Positions 48,801 through 62,418 of a stretch of 64,000 nucleotides of DNA are shown piece by piece (position 1 is the stretch's first letter; the number at the start of each line of letters is the position of its first letter). The stretch comes from Raillietiella orientalis (lineage: Eukaryota), in contig JAYWIR010000075.1 of NCBI GenBank assembly GCA_036172245.1, positions 62,001 to 126,000 on the forward strand, read 5' to 3'. The translations under genes and the position numbers were made by a program. The notes under the pieces are model-generated. The model worked only from the letters and a program-made list of their open reading frames with translations. It was not told the DNA's origin and did no database searches.

Positions 48801-50200
48801 CATGAACATGTACTAACTTCGACGGTACTCAACGTTAAAAACACAGCTGGCTTTCCAAGCTCTCATCATGACACAGACAGCTCTTTTTCCTTGCCGCCAG
48901 ATTCGAGAAACGGCAAATTTCTGTCCACGCACTGTTCAACGAACTGTTCGTTTGAATTGTTCTTCGATTCGCCTTGTAATGTTTGAAGTCTCTCCAGGGC
49001 ATCTGCATGTTGAGTGGGTGTTCGTCGTAAATGATCGACATATTTATCCTCGTTCCACAGAAAAGTATGCTGTTGAGCCACAAGCAAATCATTCTCTGAC
49101 GGTTCAAGACTCTCAACTTCGTTTGTTGATTGAGTTGCATCCGAGGACTCAGAAGACATAGAAGCTGGGAGATAGCGATTCACTGTCGTCTCATAGCTTT
49201 GTATAATAGCATATCGATCAGATGGCTCAACCAAGCTTTTACTGCTTCCTTCCTAACATATCCCTGTAGATGACTCGATTCATGGACGATATGTTTCTTA
49301 ACGTGAAGTTGAAAGCATAATCATCGTCCAAAGCAATTCAGTAACCCATTATTAACGCCTACTGGAATGTTGATCACTTGTTCCACTATTCCATAGCCGC
49401 CTGTTTCATATCTTAGACGTCTGATCTGCATGAACAGTAACTTTGGAGAAACCGAATGCACACCTGTGAAGTCGAGAGGGGGTAAGTGAGTGGGAAATGG
49501 AGAGGATACGTAACGCATTCGTTGCAGGGAACGATGGTACGTGTCCCTCATCCGAACATCCGAAACAAGTATGGAAAGTAGGAGGAACGTTGATACATTC
49601 TGAGCCTCCTGGAAATTCCACACCTAAAATAGCTAAATGACTAGGCTTTGTATTTTGAGATCATTCTGAAACACAAACAGCACTTCACAAAACGCAGCAC
49701 AAGTGTCCAGACGGATTATCTAGGAACTTCGTTCCAAAGAGTCTATTTACCGATGCATAATTTCTCGCTCGAATTTGTTCCGTTATAGGTTAAACGGTCC
49801 ATATTGACAGTTGCACACATGCATCTTGTACTTCTGGTTGAACCATTTTAATTCTTTGTGGCTCTTTGAGCATTGACGGCTGTGCACCCTCATCTTCTGC
49901 TGCTTTTACCTTCACGTTTTCGATTCGCTCTCATCACTCTCATACATTTCGCTGACGTCTTAGGTACTTTTTTATCTTCTTGTTTACGTTTAGCTCCATG
50001 CCGTAACACGGCATATCGACTGCACCGGTCGAAGGCTGAGAAAGAACGAATATGATCTTCTTGAGACACAATACTATCCGGAAAGCAACCAGTTCGAACT
50101 AGATTTGACCGAATACGGTGTAAATTGTTTCTACTTTTGTCTATTAGGTCCAAGATGTTGGAGTTTTCCGTAACTCTACAATTCCAGCAGGATCCCCCAA
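45861..50200 (-). mobile_element. Decayed Helitron with APE endonuclease (Helentron-like), internally deleted
   Basis: SPKLLFMQIRRLRYETGGYGIVEQVINIPVGVNN (Helitron N-terminal region); SIDSQFILEEYSYALCVAEYVNKTNREISHL (post-Rep motif); terminal ORF with PIILAGPFNAD..STT (GDFN-like EN). Confidence 0.8.
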
Positions 50201-50218
50201 ACATGCACTTTACCCTCG

Positions 50219-53200
50219 ATTGTCTCCAGTCCCACCCGCGGGGAGGTTAATTTATTTAACTGTTCTTAAAACAATCCTCACAATCATATAATTTTGCAGA
50301 CTTTCTCGAGTGTTCCTATACACAAAATTTCAAGTCATGGTATGTTGCTCTCCATGACTACATTCTCGATTGTTCCTCTATTCGGGATGATCACTAGGAT
50401 CTGGTGAGCAGTCCACTCACTTGTGCAGCTTCCACCATCTTCTTCAAGATGTAACGGCAGGTCCAGACGGGTACTCTGCCGCAGTTCCTGATCCCAATCT
50501 CCTCCTGCAGTACTCCTTCTAGGATGTTCTTAGAAGGTACCACAACGTTGCTGTTCCGCATTTTTGACTCTCTTGTCACGATGCTTGTGATGAAGAGGTC
50601 GATGGTGGTGTGGACCATGGAATTGTATCGTAGAATGTTCCTGTTCCCTTCAAACAGATGTCCATCTTCTTTTTCGCCTGCAGGCCAGTCACCGCCTTCA
50701 GCGCTCTCCAACCCTGGCGCAGCATCGGGCAGGTGAAAACGTGGAGTTGGGTTTCCTTATCTCCACGGAGCTCTTCTTGGCTGATGCCTGTCCCATGTTT
50801 CAGTCGGGAGCCACTCAGGATGCCTCCGTGGTAATGCATTGGGGGGACATCCTGAGTCTCCGGTGGTAGGTCGCTCCTCCATATCGTTGTGCCAACCGCT
50901 AGCAGGTTCACATTTCGGATCCCGTAGCGGTTGACGGCCTTATCCAGTACGTCGTCTGAGTTGCCTTCCGTCTTCGTCTCCTCGCGGAGTCCTGGTGATC
51001 AGGCGCGACGCATTGGCGGATTGATGTTTCCAGAGGTCGCGGGTCCTGTGGCTGAATCTTCCAATCGTTTTTGTGATGTAGCAATACAGTCTCATTCTGT
51101 TGCAATTCACATTCGGGGCGAACTGTTCGCAGTCACGAATCCTTATTCCTGGCCTCTTGGTCATCCGTTTCCATGTCTCCCTCGAGACCCTTATGAAATT
51201 AGGAATCAACATGGTCAGTTCCTCGATTCCTTGCTTTGAGGCACTGTCTTGAAGCGGTGAGTCATCACCAGTGCCTGCTTTCTCTTCCACTTGGAGTCGA
51301 TGTTTCCCTGGTCTCCGTGTTTGCCTATTAGGGCTTACATCAGGCCTCTAGAGTTGTCGACCCGTTTCGAGTTGGCTCTGTGCGCCACATGAGGCCACTG
51401 GCCCCAGTCGTTAATGAGATTTAGTAGTTGTCCCACATCCACGCTATCTACGGATTGCTGAGAGACTTCATCCCGGTCCCACCTTCCTCTCACAGGCAGC
51501 ATAAAAGTTTCAGCCTAACCCGCAGCTTTTTCTCACTCCAAGCAGCCTGCTGCAGCAAGTCCACTTCTATCCTTGTCTTCTGCTTCATTTGGCACAAGGG
51601 AGCCCAGAAAAACACCTTAAGAAGGAGCACGCTGGTCTATAAGTTCGCCTTCTGCTTCGTGTTGGAGTCGACACGGACGTACTTTGTGGATTCCTCTCTG
51701 AACATTCCTAGGATTTTGTTCCACTAGATCTGCGGAGCGGACACATCCCCGATGTGGATTCCTAGGTAATTGAGTTTGTCAACCACTCGGAATTCTTTCT
51801 TCGTTAGCACGGAGAGGTACAGGATTCCGATGGACAGTGGTTGGGACTTCTGAGAGTTGATCTTCAAATCTAATCCTTTGTTCATAGACTCGACTACACC
51901 GAGGAATGCATGCTGATCCCTTCGTCTTTCAGGAAGAAAAGATGGTCCGCATACTCCAGGAGACTGAATCTATCCTTGTCGATGATTACTCTTTTCAGGC
52001 GGCCGCCTCTGTTGATCAAGGACGATTACCGCTTCCATGTAGATCACAAAGAGCATCGGATTGAGAGCGTCTCCTTGGCGGATTCCTCTTTCCATCATCA
52101 TTGCGTCTGTGCCCCATCCGTTCATCGTGATCTTGCAGTGCTGGTCTTGCAGAGTCATCTCGATGTACTCGCTGAAGCATCCTGAGTAGCTCAGTTACCT
52201 CAGGATCTTCAGCAGCATTCCATGATTCCCGCTGTCGAAGGTCTTCTTCATGTCCGTGAAACTCAGAGCCTGGTTGTCTCCGACGTAGAGGATGTATGGT
52301 GTCCTGAGCATACTTCACGTTGTTAGACAAGCGGTGTCCAGGCACCCCGCACGCCTGCGTTGGAGAGATGGTCCAGTGCAACGTCTCAATCAAGCGGTTG
52401 GCCCAGATCTTTGCCAACCACTTGACATCGGTGTTCAGGATGGAGATAGGCCACCATTGAGTGACCTTCGAAAGGTGCACTCGTCAAGCCGCGGCAGGAG
52501 AGTGCATGTTTTTTTGTAACTCACTCACCATTATTCTTCTCTAGCCTCATCCACTTCGTGAGGCTAGAGACGCATCCAAAATCCGACTGGAAATATCTAG
52601 ATATTAAAATAAGGCAGCTAGTTAAGAAATAATTCACCTTCCTCCAACTTCCGCGAATGGATGCATCTACGATGACAAGAAAAAAGCTTGCCTTGGACTC
52701 ATGAGGCCATCCGATATAGCTGACATCTTCATCATGAATAGCTGTTTCAAGCTATTAACATCGCCAGACCAAATTGTAAGAAATCTTGCCGGAGAATCTT
52801 TGCGTGAGGTGGTAGCAAAGAAAATACCTTAACCACCCACGGAAGAAGGAGCCGGTCCATTCCTTTCATGGGAAAGCAAAGGAAAGTTTGAAAGAAGAAG
52901 TGTAGACATCAAGAGCCAATGGACAACGTCCAGCCAAGCGTCAAAACAACAACTGAGACACTGAGACAACATGGGAATTCGAAAACGCTGAACCAAAAGT
53001 AAGAATCCATGGAGTAGTGCTGGATAGTACAGTGGGAAAGAAATTCGCAGCTAACATCCGATCCATCTAACACGAAACGATGTGGTTTTCCTTAATAGAA
53101 AATCACCAAGATCAAGGGAAAGCCATGCGCAGCGTTTGATTACATAAGGATTCTAGCCACTTCCTTACTTCGGATGATCACATTCGGTTCGCCCATTATA

Positions 53201-55000
53201 GCTTCATCCACGCCGCAAGGCTAAACGTCCTACACATAAGAGGAGCAGCAAGATTACCAGACGATCGCATATGCTGAAGGTGCAACTTATCATTGAGTAA
53301 TGCACTTCCCGATGTACACCTCTCGACACAATGCAATCATGCTGAAACTGCAAGCTGTCGCCACAAAAGTATGAGGATGCAAGCTATTATCAGTGGACCA
53401 AAGGATACCCGGAGTCGACTCCCTGTTGAAGCCGAATCTCATCTTTGAAAAACATGGAAAATGGATCATAGTGGACGTTAATTGCCCATTCGAAGACAAG
53501 GAAAACGCGTTCACGGAAGCGAGAAGGAAAAAGGAAGAAAAATATCACACTCTAATCCGCAGCATTAACCAGTCCGGTAAAACTGCCATCATGCAAGTTT
53601 TCATCGTGGGAGTCTTAGGAGCGTGGGATTCCAAGAACGATAGCCTGCTGAGAATACTAGGAATAAAAGAAAACCATGAGAGAAAATTAAGAAAACTGTC
53701 CGTATCCTGCTGCATCAGGGCAAGCAGGAGCGTCTACTGGATGCACAGACTGGGGCATCCACCCGACGATGCAAGCGACCCCATCCGCTACATAATGAAG
53801 GAGGGACAACATAGAGACCAGTCCACTGTCGATTAAACAGCAGCTCGCCGATCATCAGGGAAAAGCTGGAAGTGCAGACAGAGCCAGCGAGAATGATTAT
53901 GCATATGTAAAAAAAATTAATTCAATAAAAAAGATAGGCCACTATTGAATGACCTTCGAAAGGTCATTCAATGGTGCCTTCCTTGGACAGCACTCGCATC
54001 TTGCTTTCGTGAAATGATTCCAGTAGTTCCCTTTCTTTCTGAATGCGAAGATTGGGCTTGTGAAACAAGCGCAGGTGGACATGCAGGTACTGCTGATAGT
54101 GGGAGATGGTCAGGGCCTACCATCACATCCTTGAGCAGTCTGGCGAATGCTCTCTTCACTCCGTCCAGGGAAATCTCCTCTTAAAGCCTTCCTTGTTGGA
54201 AAATGTAGAAAGACTGCCTGTTCATCACTCGAGAAATTCCAACGTCGGAGGTGGGAGACGTAGTGATGGTGGAATGCCTCCACGATCCCCTCCGGCGTGT
54301 GGAGCATCAGGTCTGCGTGCTGGATACGGATGTCCATTACCAGATTCCTCCTCTGTCGCATTCCAACTTCTCCTTTCACCGATTGGAAGAAAATCGTCTC
54401 TAGTACTGGTCTCAGTATCTGGAGAGGGAGTGATCTTGGGTGTTCAACTCCCGGTACGTTTCCTTCCTCTGCGTATTTGCTAACAGGTGGATGCTGTGTT
54501 TCAGCTGGTCCCAGTCGCCAACTCTGCAGATTCTGGCGCCCTGCTGAATCGCCTCGATGAGTTGCTGGTGGTTGGGAAACGTTGCGAACCATTCGAACAT
54601 GTGGATGAGCGCAGCCCTAGAACTATTTTTTCGATGAGGATTCTCACTAGAGCGTCCACTTCTTTGGTGCCCCTAGTGCCTTTACTGAGAAGCCTCCAAG
54701 CACGCCCCGTGAACCACATTGCAAATGAGAAAGAAAGTCATCCGGCAGCAGCTATCCGAGTTCGGAACCGTCGGCGCCAATTTGGGCAAAACCAAACGGA
54801 TGACCTGAACACGAAGAAGTTTATGGAGGTCTAGCTGTAGCTCGCTTGAAAAGAACACGTGCAGGGACGTACTAGCAACCCGTAAGTATTCTCTCACCTA
54901 CCAGCGGGTGACAGAATACTTGGTCATCAACTTTAGTCTCTTGAACTGGGACTTCTGCTCCATCTGCTTCAGCATTTGGAGGGCAAATGATACGTCCCGA
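50219..55000 (-). mobile_element. Second, AT-richer L1/Tx1-like family, decayed ORF2 (interrupted at 52477-53931)
   Basis: WPISILNTDVKWLAKIWANRL, RGIRQGDALNPMLF, EYADH, NYLG. Minus-strand AATAAA at 50251-50256. Confidence 0.82.
52477..53931 (+). mobile_element. 5'-truncated RLE non-LTR retrotransposon (NeSL/Utopia-like)
   Basis: CFKLLTSPD, SHFLT..FAHYSFIHAARLN and RHNAI. ORF 53393..53836 is a restriction-like endonuclease (LKPNL..IVDVNCPFE..ARRKKEEKY..VGVLGAW). A-rich tail with AATAAA; 33-bp flanking duplication. Confidence 0.88.
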
Positions 55001-55439
55001 TGCGGATGCGCCAAATCCTGAAGCTGGACCCAGGATCTCCCCGCGCTCCCTGTGCCTTTTCTCAGGAGGCTCTCAGTACGATTTTTTATTGCAGCGAGAC
55101 TCGTTCACGAGGGTTGCTTAATGCAAAAGCATGTTTATTACTTGACAGTCAAGATGAAAACATGAAAAATATACATTCCTCCGTAATGGGATTACAATCC
55201 CACTATGTCGTTACCAATCCTGCAGGAGTTTCAGATCCCAGGCAGATTGACCAGAGAAGTACGTTCTGGGAAAGTGAGAGGAAATAAAGGAAAAGGCACA
55301 AGCAAATCAACAACAACAAAAAACTGCTTTCAAAAGTATTGTGGAAGAGATCGCAGAGAGATTCCTGACCCTCTCAGCATCCTGTCCGGAATGCAGACCA
55401 ATTCCACCTTGTAACGTGTGAAGTGTGTCCATGTCGCCA

Positions 55440-57120
55440 TTCCGAAAAGGGATGGTCCGCATAGACCAATGCAGCAGGCGTGCCGGGACACGTGCTTGGC
55501 AACGTTTCCAAAGTCGTCCCCTCATGCCCTCTGCACCAACTCGAAGTAGGTGCTGAAGAGCAGGGGGCTCAGGTCTTACCGTGGAGTATCGTCGCCTGCA
55601 GCATCTATCGCAGTTTTGTGCTACTTACGCGGTTTCTTGGCAACGAAAAGCAACAAAGATGATGATAGAGGCCAGACGTACAGCGGCTCCTCTCCATTGA
55701 GGATCTCCTTTTTGAGGATCTCCATAAGATGGCCGCATCTTATAAGGTCCGTTGTCCGCCTGGAGGACTTGTGCGCTCCGCATCGGGACGGTGGTCTTAG
55801 TCCCCTGAGGCTGCAGCGGATAGAACGCTAGCTGCAATTTAGAAGACTGGAAAATGAAAGGAAAATATGATTATATATTGGTGCGTGCCAGCCCGATTCC
55901 TCTCCAAACGGGCAACCGGCTCAGAAGGGCTTACACGCTTCCGAAACTACAGACACTGAAGACTATTCCGATGCAGCTATCAGCTTCCGCAGATGGTTGC
56001 CTTGATGCAGGAAAGCACGTTCGCCCGCAAACTATAGTGTCTGGAAATAGGAAACAGTAGCAGGATGTGGACGAAGGTGAACGCCACGAGCTCCGAGGAA
56101 ACGAAACGTCTGCGGTACTCCATCTACGCTCGCTGTTCTCTGGAGGAGATCACGGAATGCCCCGAGAAAACCACGTGGACGCGAACACCACTTGCTAACG
56201 CAGTGGTGTCCCTACGGGAGAACCAGATGGCAAATTGGGAGGTGTCCTGCGCAAATCTCAGGAAGGAAGTTTCGGGCTGTTGGACGGCGCGTCCTCAGCT
56301 GGTTGATGCTTCCGCCACCCCCACCCACCCCTTCGCTGCTCATTCCAAAGGACTTCTCTGCTGGAAGATCTCCTCCAAATCCCCTTGACGAAAGTAAAGA
56401 TTTGTGTTTCTGGACAGCTCCCTCCTCCTCCCGAAGTGGCAGGACTCGGCATTGCGACTGCTGTATTGGATCGTCCCATGCAACGCTCACCTCCACTTCT
56501 GGACCAGGAGATGCGGGGCCCTGGACCCGTACCAGGTGCATTGGACGGCGAATCTTCTATCTTCCGCTTTTCGAGTGCATTGTTCTTGGGAGTGTTCGGA
56601 GTCCCTGGGTTCACCGAGAGACAATCCAACAAGAGTGCAGAGACGCCTCTTCACTCCCAGAGGAATTCCCTCCTGCGGCATCGATCGCAGCTCCGCGCTA
56701 TTTGCACGGGGTCGTAGCGATGACGATGAAGACCAGACATACAGAGACGTCTTACCAATGGCTATCTGCTTTTGGATGAGGATGACCAGGAGATGTACAC
56801 ATCTCTCGCAGCACAAAGAGAAACTTGCCGGCATCTTGCAAAGGATGCAGAGAACTCCAGGGAGATTTCTGTGATCCTTTCCGCAAAATGCTGGGTGCAT
56901 GGAACCCCCTTTCTTGCCCACCAGCATTATGGACCTTTTTTTGTCGCATGTTTACTTATTTTGTTTAGTTTGTTTCCCTTTCTCCTTCTCTTCCTTGTGC
57001 CAACTTCTTCCGACAAAGTGCTCCCTAGCAGTGACTTCCTCCTGTAACTGCCGAAGCAGTGGGATTGCCTGTTTCCTGTGAACCAATGGCTTCTTGCTTG
57101 AATTCCGTTGTAAATATCAA
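55440..57120 (+). mobile_element. Rearranged, decayed Tx1 ORF2 3' fragments (plus a short minus-strand RT piece at ~55440-55570)
   Basis: DLCAPHRDGGL, PKWQDSALRLLYW and GILQRMQR. Confidence 0.75.
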
Positions 57121-57813
57121 CAATGTCTTACGACATACTCCCCTGCGGTGGTGACCGGATTGAACAACACGGCTACAAGAAAGAGAGTTGCGTCGACTCG
57201 AGGGCAGGTAGGCTAATCGAGTGTGCGGAATTCGCCGAGGACTCTCAAAAGAGTTCTTGTTTCCTGGCCTTTCGGGGATCCGATTTTACCTCCGAGGTTT
57301 CCAGTGTTTTCTCTTGGTCGCGGACCTCGGTATGCTTCTGTAGCATTGCAGCCGTCTTGCTGGATTCCCGGTAGCAGACGAAGTCGAGTCACCGCCGCTC
57401 GAGGAGGAGCAGGCAGGCCCGCCTCCACGACCCTCTGGCCCAAATAACATCAGTCCCCCCCCCCCTCTCTGATCTCTAGCTCCGGTCCAGTTGTCACCGA
57501 CTCGACCTGATCCGAAGCATGGCTCCAGCTCCGGGCAGAGGCAGAGTCCCGCAGCCCGGTAGGCAGCTTTCGTGTGGTTCTGCTCCTTCCTGGAGCTCTC
57601 TGACGAAGACGGTTGCTCCCGCGGCAAAGCGCTCCTGGAAGCTCCCAAGGCGAAGTCCTCCACCAATGAGTGACCGCTCTTCGACCGTTTTGTTCTAGAT
57701 GCCCGCGTTGGCGTCCGTGTGTCTACGTTGTCCTCCCGTGACACCAAGCGTTGAGGGTTCGAATCCCCCTGTGGAGGATTGACTCAGAGAAATGGGTTCG
57801 AATCTCCCCCGCA

Positions 57814-58362
57814 AGATGACGCTACTGGCGGTAGCCAGAAACCGGATGCTCTTGATGAGTGACCGGGATTGGAAGCTAACCCTCCCGCGTCCTTCCATGA
57901 ATCAGAACCGAGGAGTCGGTTGCCTTCGTGGTTCTCCTCCGGTTGTCAAATGGAGCCGTTCCCCTCCCTTGGGGAGGACGCCCACCGTCGCATACAATGG
58001 AGCTGATTGATAACTACCTGGAAGGGGAGGGAATACTTCTTCAGGGTTCATGAAACGCTCTGCTCTCTTCGGAGAGTAGCCCTTCATAGACGTTTAGAAG
58101 TGTTTCTTCAGGGTTTTCTTCACAGGAGTAACAAAGAGCGGATCCCTTCCGGGTTCCCTTCGGAGAAGAAACGACGAGTACCCTTCCCCCTCCAGGAGTC
58201 CCTTCGGGAAGGATAGGCAAGAGGTTCCCTAGTTCCCGCCTAAGCGTGAGAGGAACACACTTCTTTCTCTGGACTGCTTCCTGGATTCATACGGTGGTCC
58301 CTATGGGATTGCCCCTTAACTTGAAGAGCTACCACACTCACCCTCCGGTGGCGTGAACAGTG
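57814..58362 (-). repeat. Hairpin-rich dispersed repeat, copy 3
   Basis: Reverse complement carries CTCTTCAAG, GTATGAATCCAGGAAG, TTCCTCTCACGCTT and CTCCGAAGGGAACCCGGAAGGGATCCG. Confidence 0.85.
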
Positions 58363-61300
58363 CTTGAACAGCTAAGTAAACTGTCAGGCGAACGTTCCTT
58401 TAGAACTCAGATCGTGTTTTAGAGACGAACGCTTCGGCGTGGTGGGGAGAAAAAACGCGTCTTGGCGATGGAAGAAAAAAGCGCGGATGGGTGCATAGCG
58501 CCAGCTGGAGAGCGGACAATCCAGGAAGACATCCGGGAAGCCCATGCACCCCGGGAGTTCTTGGAAAAGCTTTGGTCGACGCAGCCGAATGTCTGTGTAA
58601 AATCGACCGTAAGAACGAGAGCTCTCGGCTAGTTAACTTCCTGTTGATCGTGGGAGACTACCGGATTCTCTGGCTCCTGGACGAAACCCGCTGTTGCAAC
58701 TAATAAAGCCATGAACTGGCCAGCAGCCAGTTCCCTTCTATGCTCCGTCCGGGAACATCCTACGCCTGTTCTGGACTGATGAAGGCTTCCACTAAACAAA
58801 TCAGGCATTAATCCCATGGTTTCGTACAGCTGAGCATAACTATAGCCAACTGTTAACGCGCTTTCGTGTGCTCCGCCACGCCTCATGCCTGAGCGATGTG
58901 CTGGCAGCGAAGAACTTCCCTTGCAGCTACCGCGCTGCCAACAAAGGATCAGGAACCCTCCTTCTTGCGGAATCGGAGTGTACGGAAGTCAAACGAGAGA
59001 AAGCAAGTCAGCAAGCATTTATTTCGCCGTGGCTACTCCTCAAAATCCAGCAGAATCGGTGGAGCTTTTCCCCGGTCGCAGGCCTCGCCACCGCCGTCGA
59101 ACCACTAAACGCAAAACATGGACGTCGAGAAACTCCCAGCAACTCCCCGATTGTCGTTCCTATAGTAATACACGACAATGGCTTTCCCTCGCTGCGATTG
59201 GAGGCGGAAACTCGAGACAGGGGACGGGCCGGGAAAGGTCGTGTGCATCTGCGGAGGGAGATTTTGCCCGTTCGTTCCGAAAGTGAGCAGCTCTCCAGAC
59301 AACAGGTTCTGGCTGCTCAATTGAGCATAGACGAAACTGCACCATGGAGCTGGCTGCAAAGGAAGAGGAAGTCAGCATTGGCGGTAGCGGGAAGTCCCCA
59401 CAAGCTCGAAGCATCTCAGATGCTGGATTCCCGCACGTGGCAAGAGCGGTTCGGGTATCAGTGAGAAGAACCGCTTCCCGGCCTGATCCCGGCTGAGATC
59501 AGAGGGAAGGAAGCGCTGGTGCAAAAAAGACCGGGGAAAACGGCAGCCGGGAGACCACGCACTCTACGGGGCACCCGTCCGGAAAAGGAGCTTCCGTTTC
59601 GTTTCGGGAAAAGAGTGTTCCGCCCGCAAGCCCTGCAAGTCTCGCTGAACCTTCGAAAGGCTCAGGCGCCACCCGGGACTCGCAGCGGTCACGTGGAAAC
59701 GGGGCACGGATGCGAACCTCGAGCAACTGCTGTTCGTTTCCGAAGGATCCTTGACCCCTGCGAACGACGCCTCCTGGCATTCCTGGTTGCCTTTGCCTTC
59801 CGCACTCCCTTGAATCGAAGTGCCGAGCACGGTCGAGGAAGAGTCGGAGGGGAGATGATGGAACGGACCGTTCGTGCGCGCACGCTTCGCGCCCTCCGTC
59901 AACCAAGTCGAGCTTGCGCCGCGGCGGGACCCGCGAAACACAGAAAACGCCGGAGACGTGGAGACGCATCTTTTGGCAGTCTCTCTTTTCCGAGAAGCGG
60001 TCAGGGAGGCGGTTCCGCTCAACCGGAGTAAAGGCAAGCGCGCAGCTCGCACAAGGGCGCAGGTCCCTTCCCAAGAAGAGCGAATCGAGAAATCAGTCAG
60101 GGGAGCCCCTGACGAAAGCGGAGTCCGGCGATTCGGTCGCTCATCACCGGACGGAAGAGGCCATCCACGATCCCCGGTGGGGATGAAAAGAGTCACACTG
60201 CGAGCAGACGCGTTCGAGAACCACTCTTCGACACGATTCCAGGATTGCGTACCTTGATGACCAAAGAGAGGAAAGGTTGAACAGCGGGAGAGGTTGCCAT
60301 CATCATGGTTGTACTGGTTGTCCACAGCTGTGTAGGTACTTGGAATGCGTTGTTCGCGTTGGTCAAAGTGAGACGAAATCCTCTCGATGCCACCACTCCT
60401 GTGAACGTTATCTTAGCCGGCAGGAACAGCAGGAGGTTGGGAAACGAAGCGAGATCCGCCTGCCTGGTGATCCTGGAAAGCGGAAGGGGGGGGGGAGTGC
60501 ATCGATGAACAGAGCTGTCTGGGGTCAGGGGTCGCAGAGCGTCCTCCCATGCCTGTTGGTTCCGCGAGGAAAAGCGGGAAGGCGGCAGGTGGCTTTTTCG
60601 AGCTATCCCGCGCCGCCGCAGAGAAGAAAGTGCCTCCCGAAGGCATCGAGGATAGCGTCCCGAGGAGCGCGCGCGCTTTCCGGGACAGGCCGGCGAGATG
60701 AGCGAGAGGAACCGGATACTTTTCTGGTGGGGAAGGTGAGGCGGGTGCGACGGCTATGCTGCAGGTCGGTTTGACGGCTCCTCGGCGGGGGGGTTTCTCG
60801 CGAGATGCGCGCAACGCCGCCCCCCGTCCGCATCGAGCGCAGCGCGACGAAGCGAACGCTGACGCATAGTGGACGCGGATGGGTGAGGAGGAGAGTGGTC
60901 GCGAGTCGGGTGCGGATGCAGTTGGTCCGAACGTCTCCCGGAATTGCGACCGAAGAGAGGCGCAACCAGGTCTTTGAAGAGCGGCGTCCGAGAATGCGGG
61001 AGTGGGAGCAGGGTGGCGGGCGGGCGGCCGTTCACTCCAACTGTCAGGATGAACGGCGATGCTGACTAGCAGCAGAAAATCATCTCACGTTATGCTGCGT
61101 AGCGTATCCTCGACGACGAGAGAGCCTCCGTTTCCGAGAACGAACTGGGCATCAAACACTCCTATGACGTTTTCCGGGGACTGCACGATGTTGTTTGGCT
61201 GAGGAACAGACGTAGGGTCGGCCTCTCTTGGACTCGAGCTACCTGGAGTCCCAGAACGCATCTCGAGTTCGCCGGGAAATTGCCCGGATTTCCAGGACTG

Positions 61301-62418
61301 GAAAAAGTGACGGTGCTGACTATGCTTCCTTGGGGTTGGGTCAGATCGCACGACCCTTGGGAGAATTGAATCAGGAAGCGCTGCTCGACAGAAAACCTCT
61401 GCGTGGGCTTCACGATGGGGATGCTGGAGATATTCTCGAAGTGTCCGCTTTCTTCTCGGGAAAAGGGTACGAACCCACGAGCCGGGATCTGAAAGAAAGT
61501 TCCTGTTTATTTCACCGCGACCCATCGGAGTCTCATCGAGCGCTGCAGGAGTTCCCCAGGGACGTGCGTACAGAAGGAAAGCCGGAAAGACCGACCGTCG
61601 ATCGAGGATGCGAAAGCGTATCATCTGCCCGGAGTTGCATGATCCACATCACGCGCGAGAAAACAGGACCGAAAGAGGATTGATTTTCCTTTCGTGAAGG
61701 AGAGTATCCTTCCAGGCCGAACCCACGCGGTGCCCCCAGAGCAGTCGTCCGTCACGCCCGCAGACGCCGCTCGCGGGAGTCCACCTGGGAGTGAGAATCT
61801 AGCAGCCGAAGAAGTCAACTGCCGCGGGCCCCAGGGAAACGGGACAGGTGAGCAAACGGTTGCACTCACCGTGAGCACGACGACAAGTGCCGCCACGGAG
61901 AAGAGTTTGCCCTGCGGAAGCAGAAGGGCAACTCTTTCGTCGGAAGGATGCATCGCTCGTGCTCTTCGGAACGGCAGGACTTGGGTGGTGAACCTCTGCT
62001 GGCAACACCTCCGGCTGCTCTGGGAGGCAAGCTGCAACCCGACGTATTAATAGGGAAGCGAACCGAAGATCTGCACTTGTTCGGAGTGGCCTCCGAGCAG
62101 GACGAGCACATGTGATGGGGCGTTTCCCCCTTTCCAGGTGGCGTGAAACCGAAGATGGAAACTAGGTGATGGATTTCGTACTGGAAAATAGAGGAACGCG
62201 GTGATGGTGCCGGAGACGGCGACGAGAGGAAGGTCGGGTGTCCTACTGCAGCCCGCTGGGAGACATCGCAAATACACCGAGGCTACGGGGTTTCTCCTGG
62301 AATGCCCTTGGGTGCTCAGGTCCCGGTGCGGGGCTCGAAGCCTACCATCGCTCGCGGCCGCGCTGCAGGAAGGCTGGAATGGGCATTTTGCAAGCGCGTC
62401 TTTCAGGTCGCGCCGGTA

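Noticed and set aside
52477..53931. U2 snRNA target expected for Utopia or Keno elements
   Set aside because: No U2 sequence was seen at any junction.
57750..57812. Two GGTTCGAATC B-box/T-loop-like motifs suggesting a tRNA or SINE
   Set aside because: No A box and no cloverleaf could be built; they are probably TTCG-loop hairpins next to the hairpin-rich repeat.
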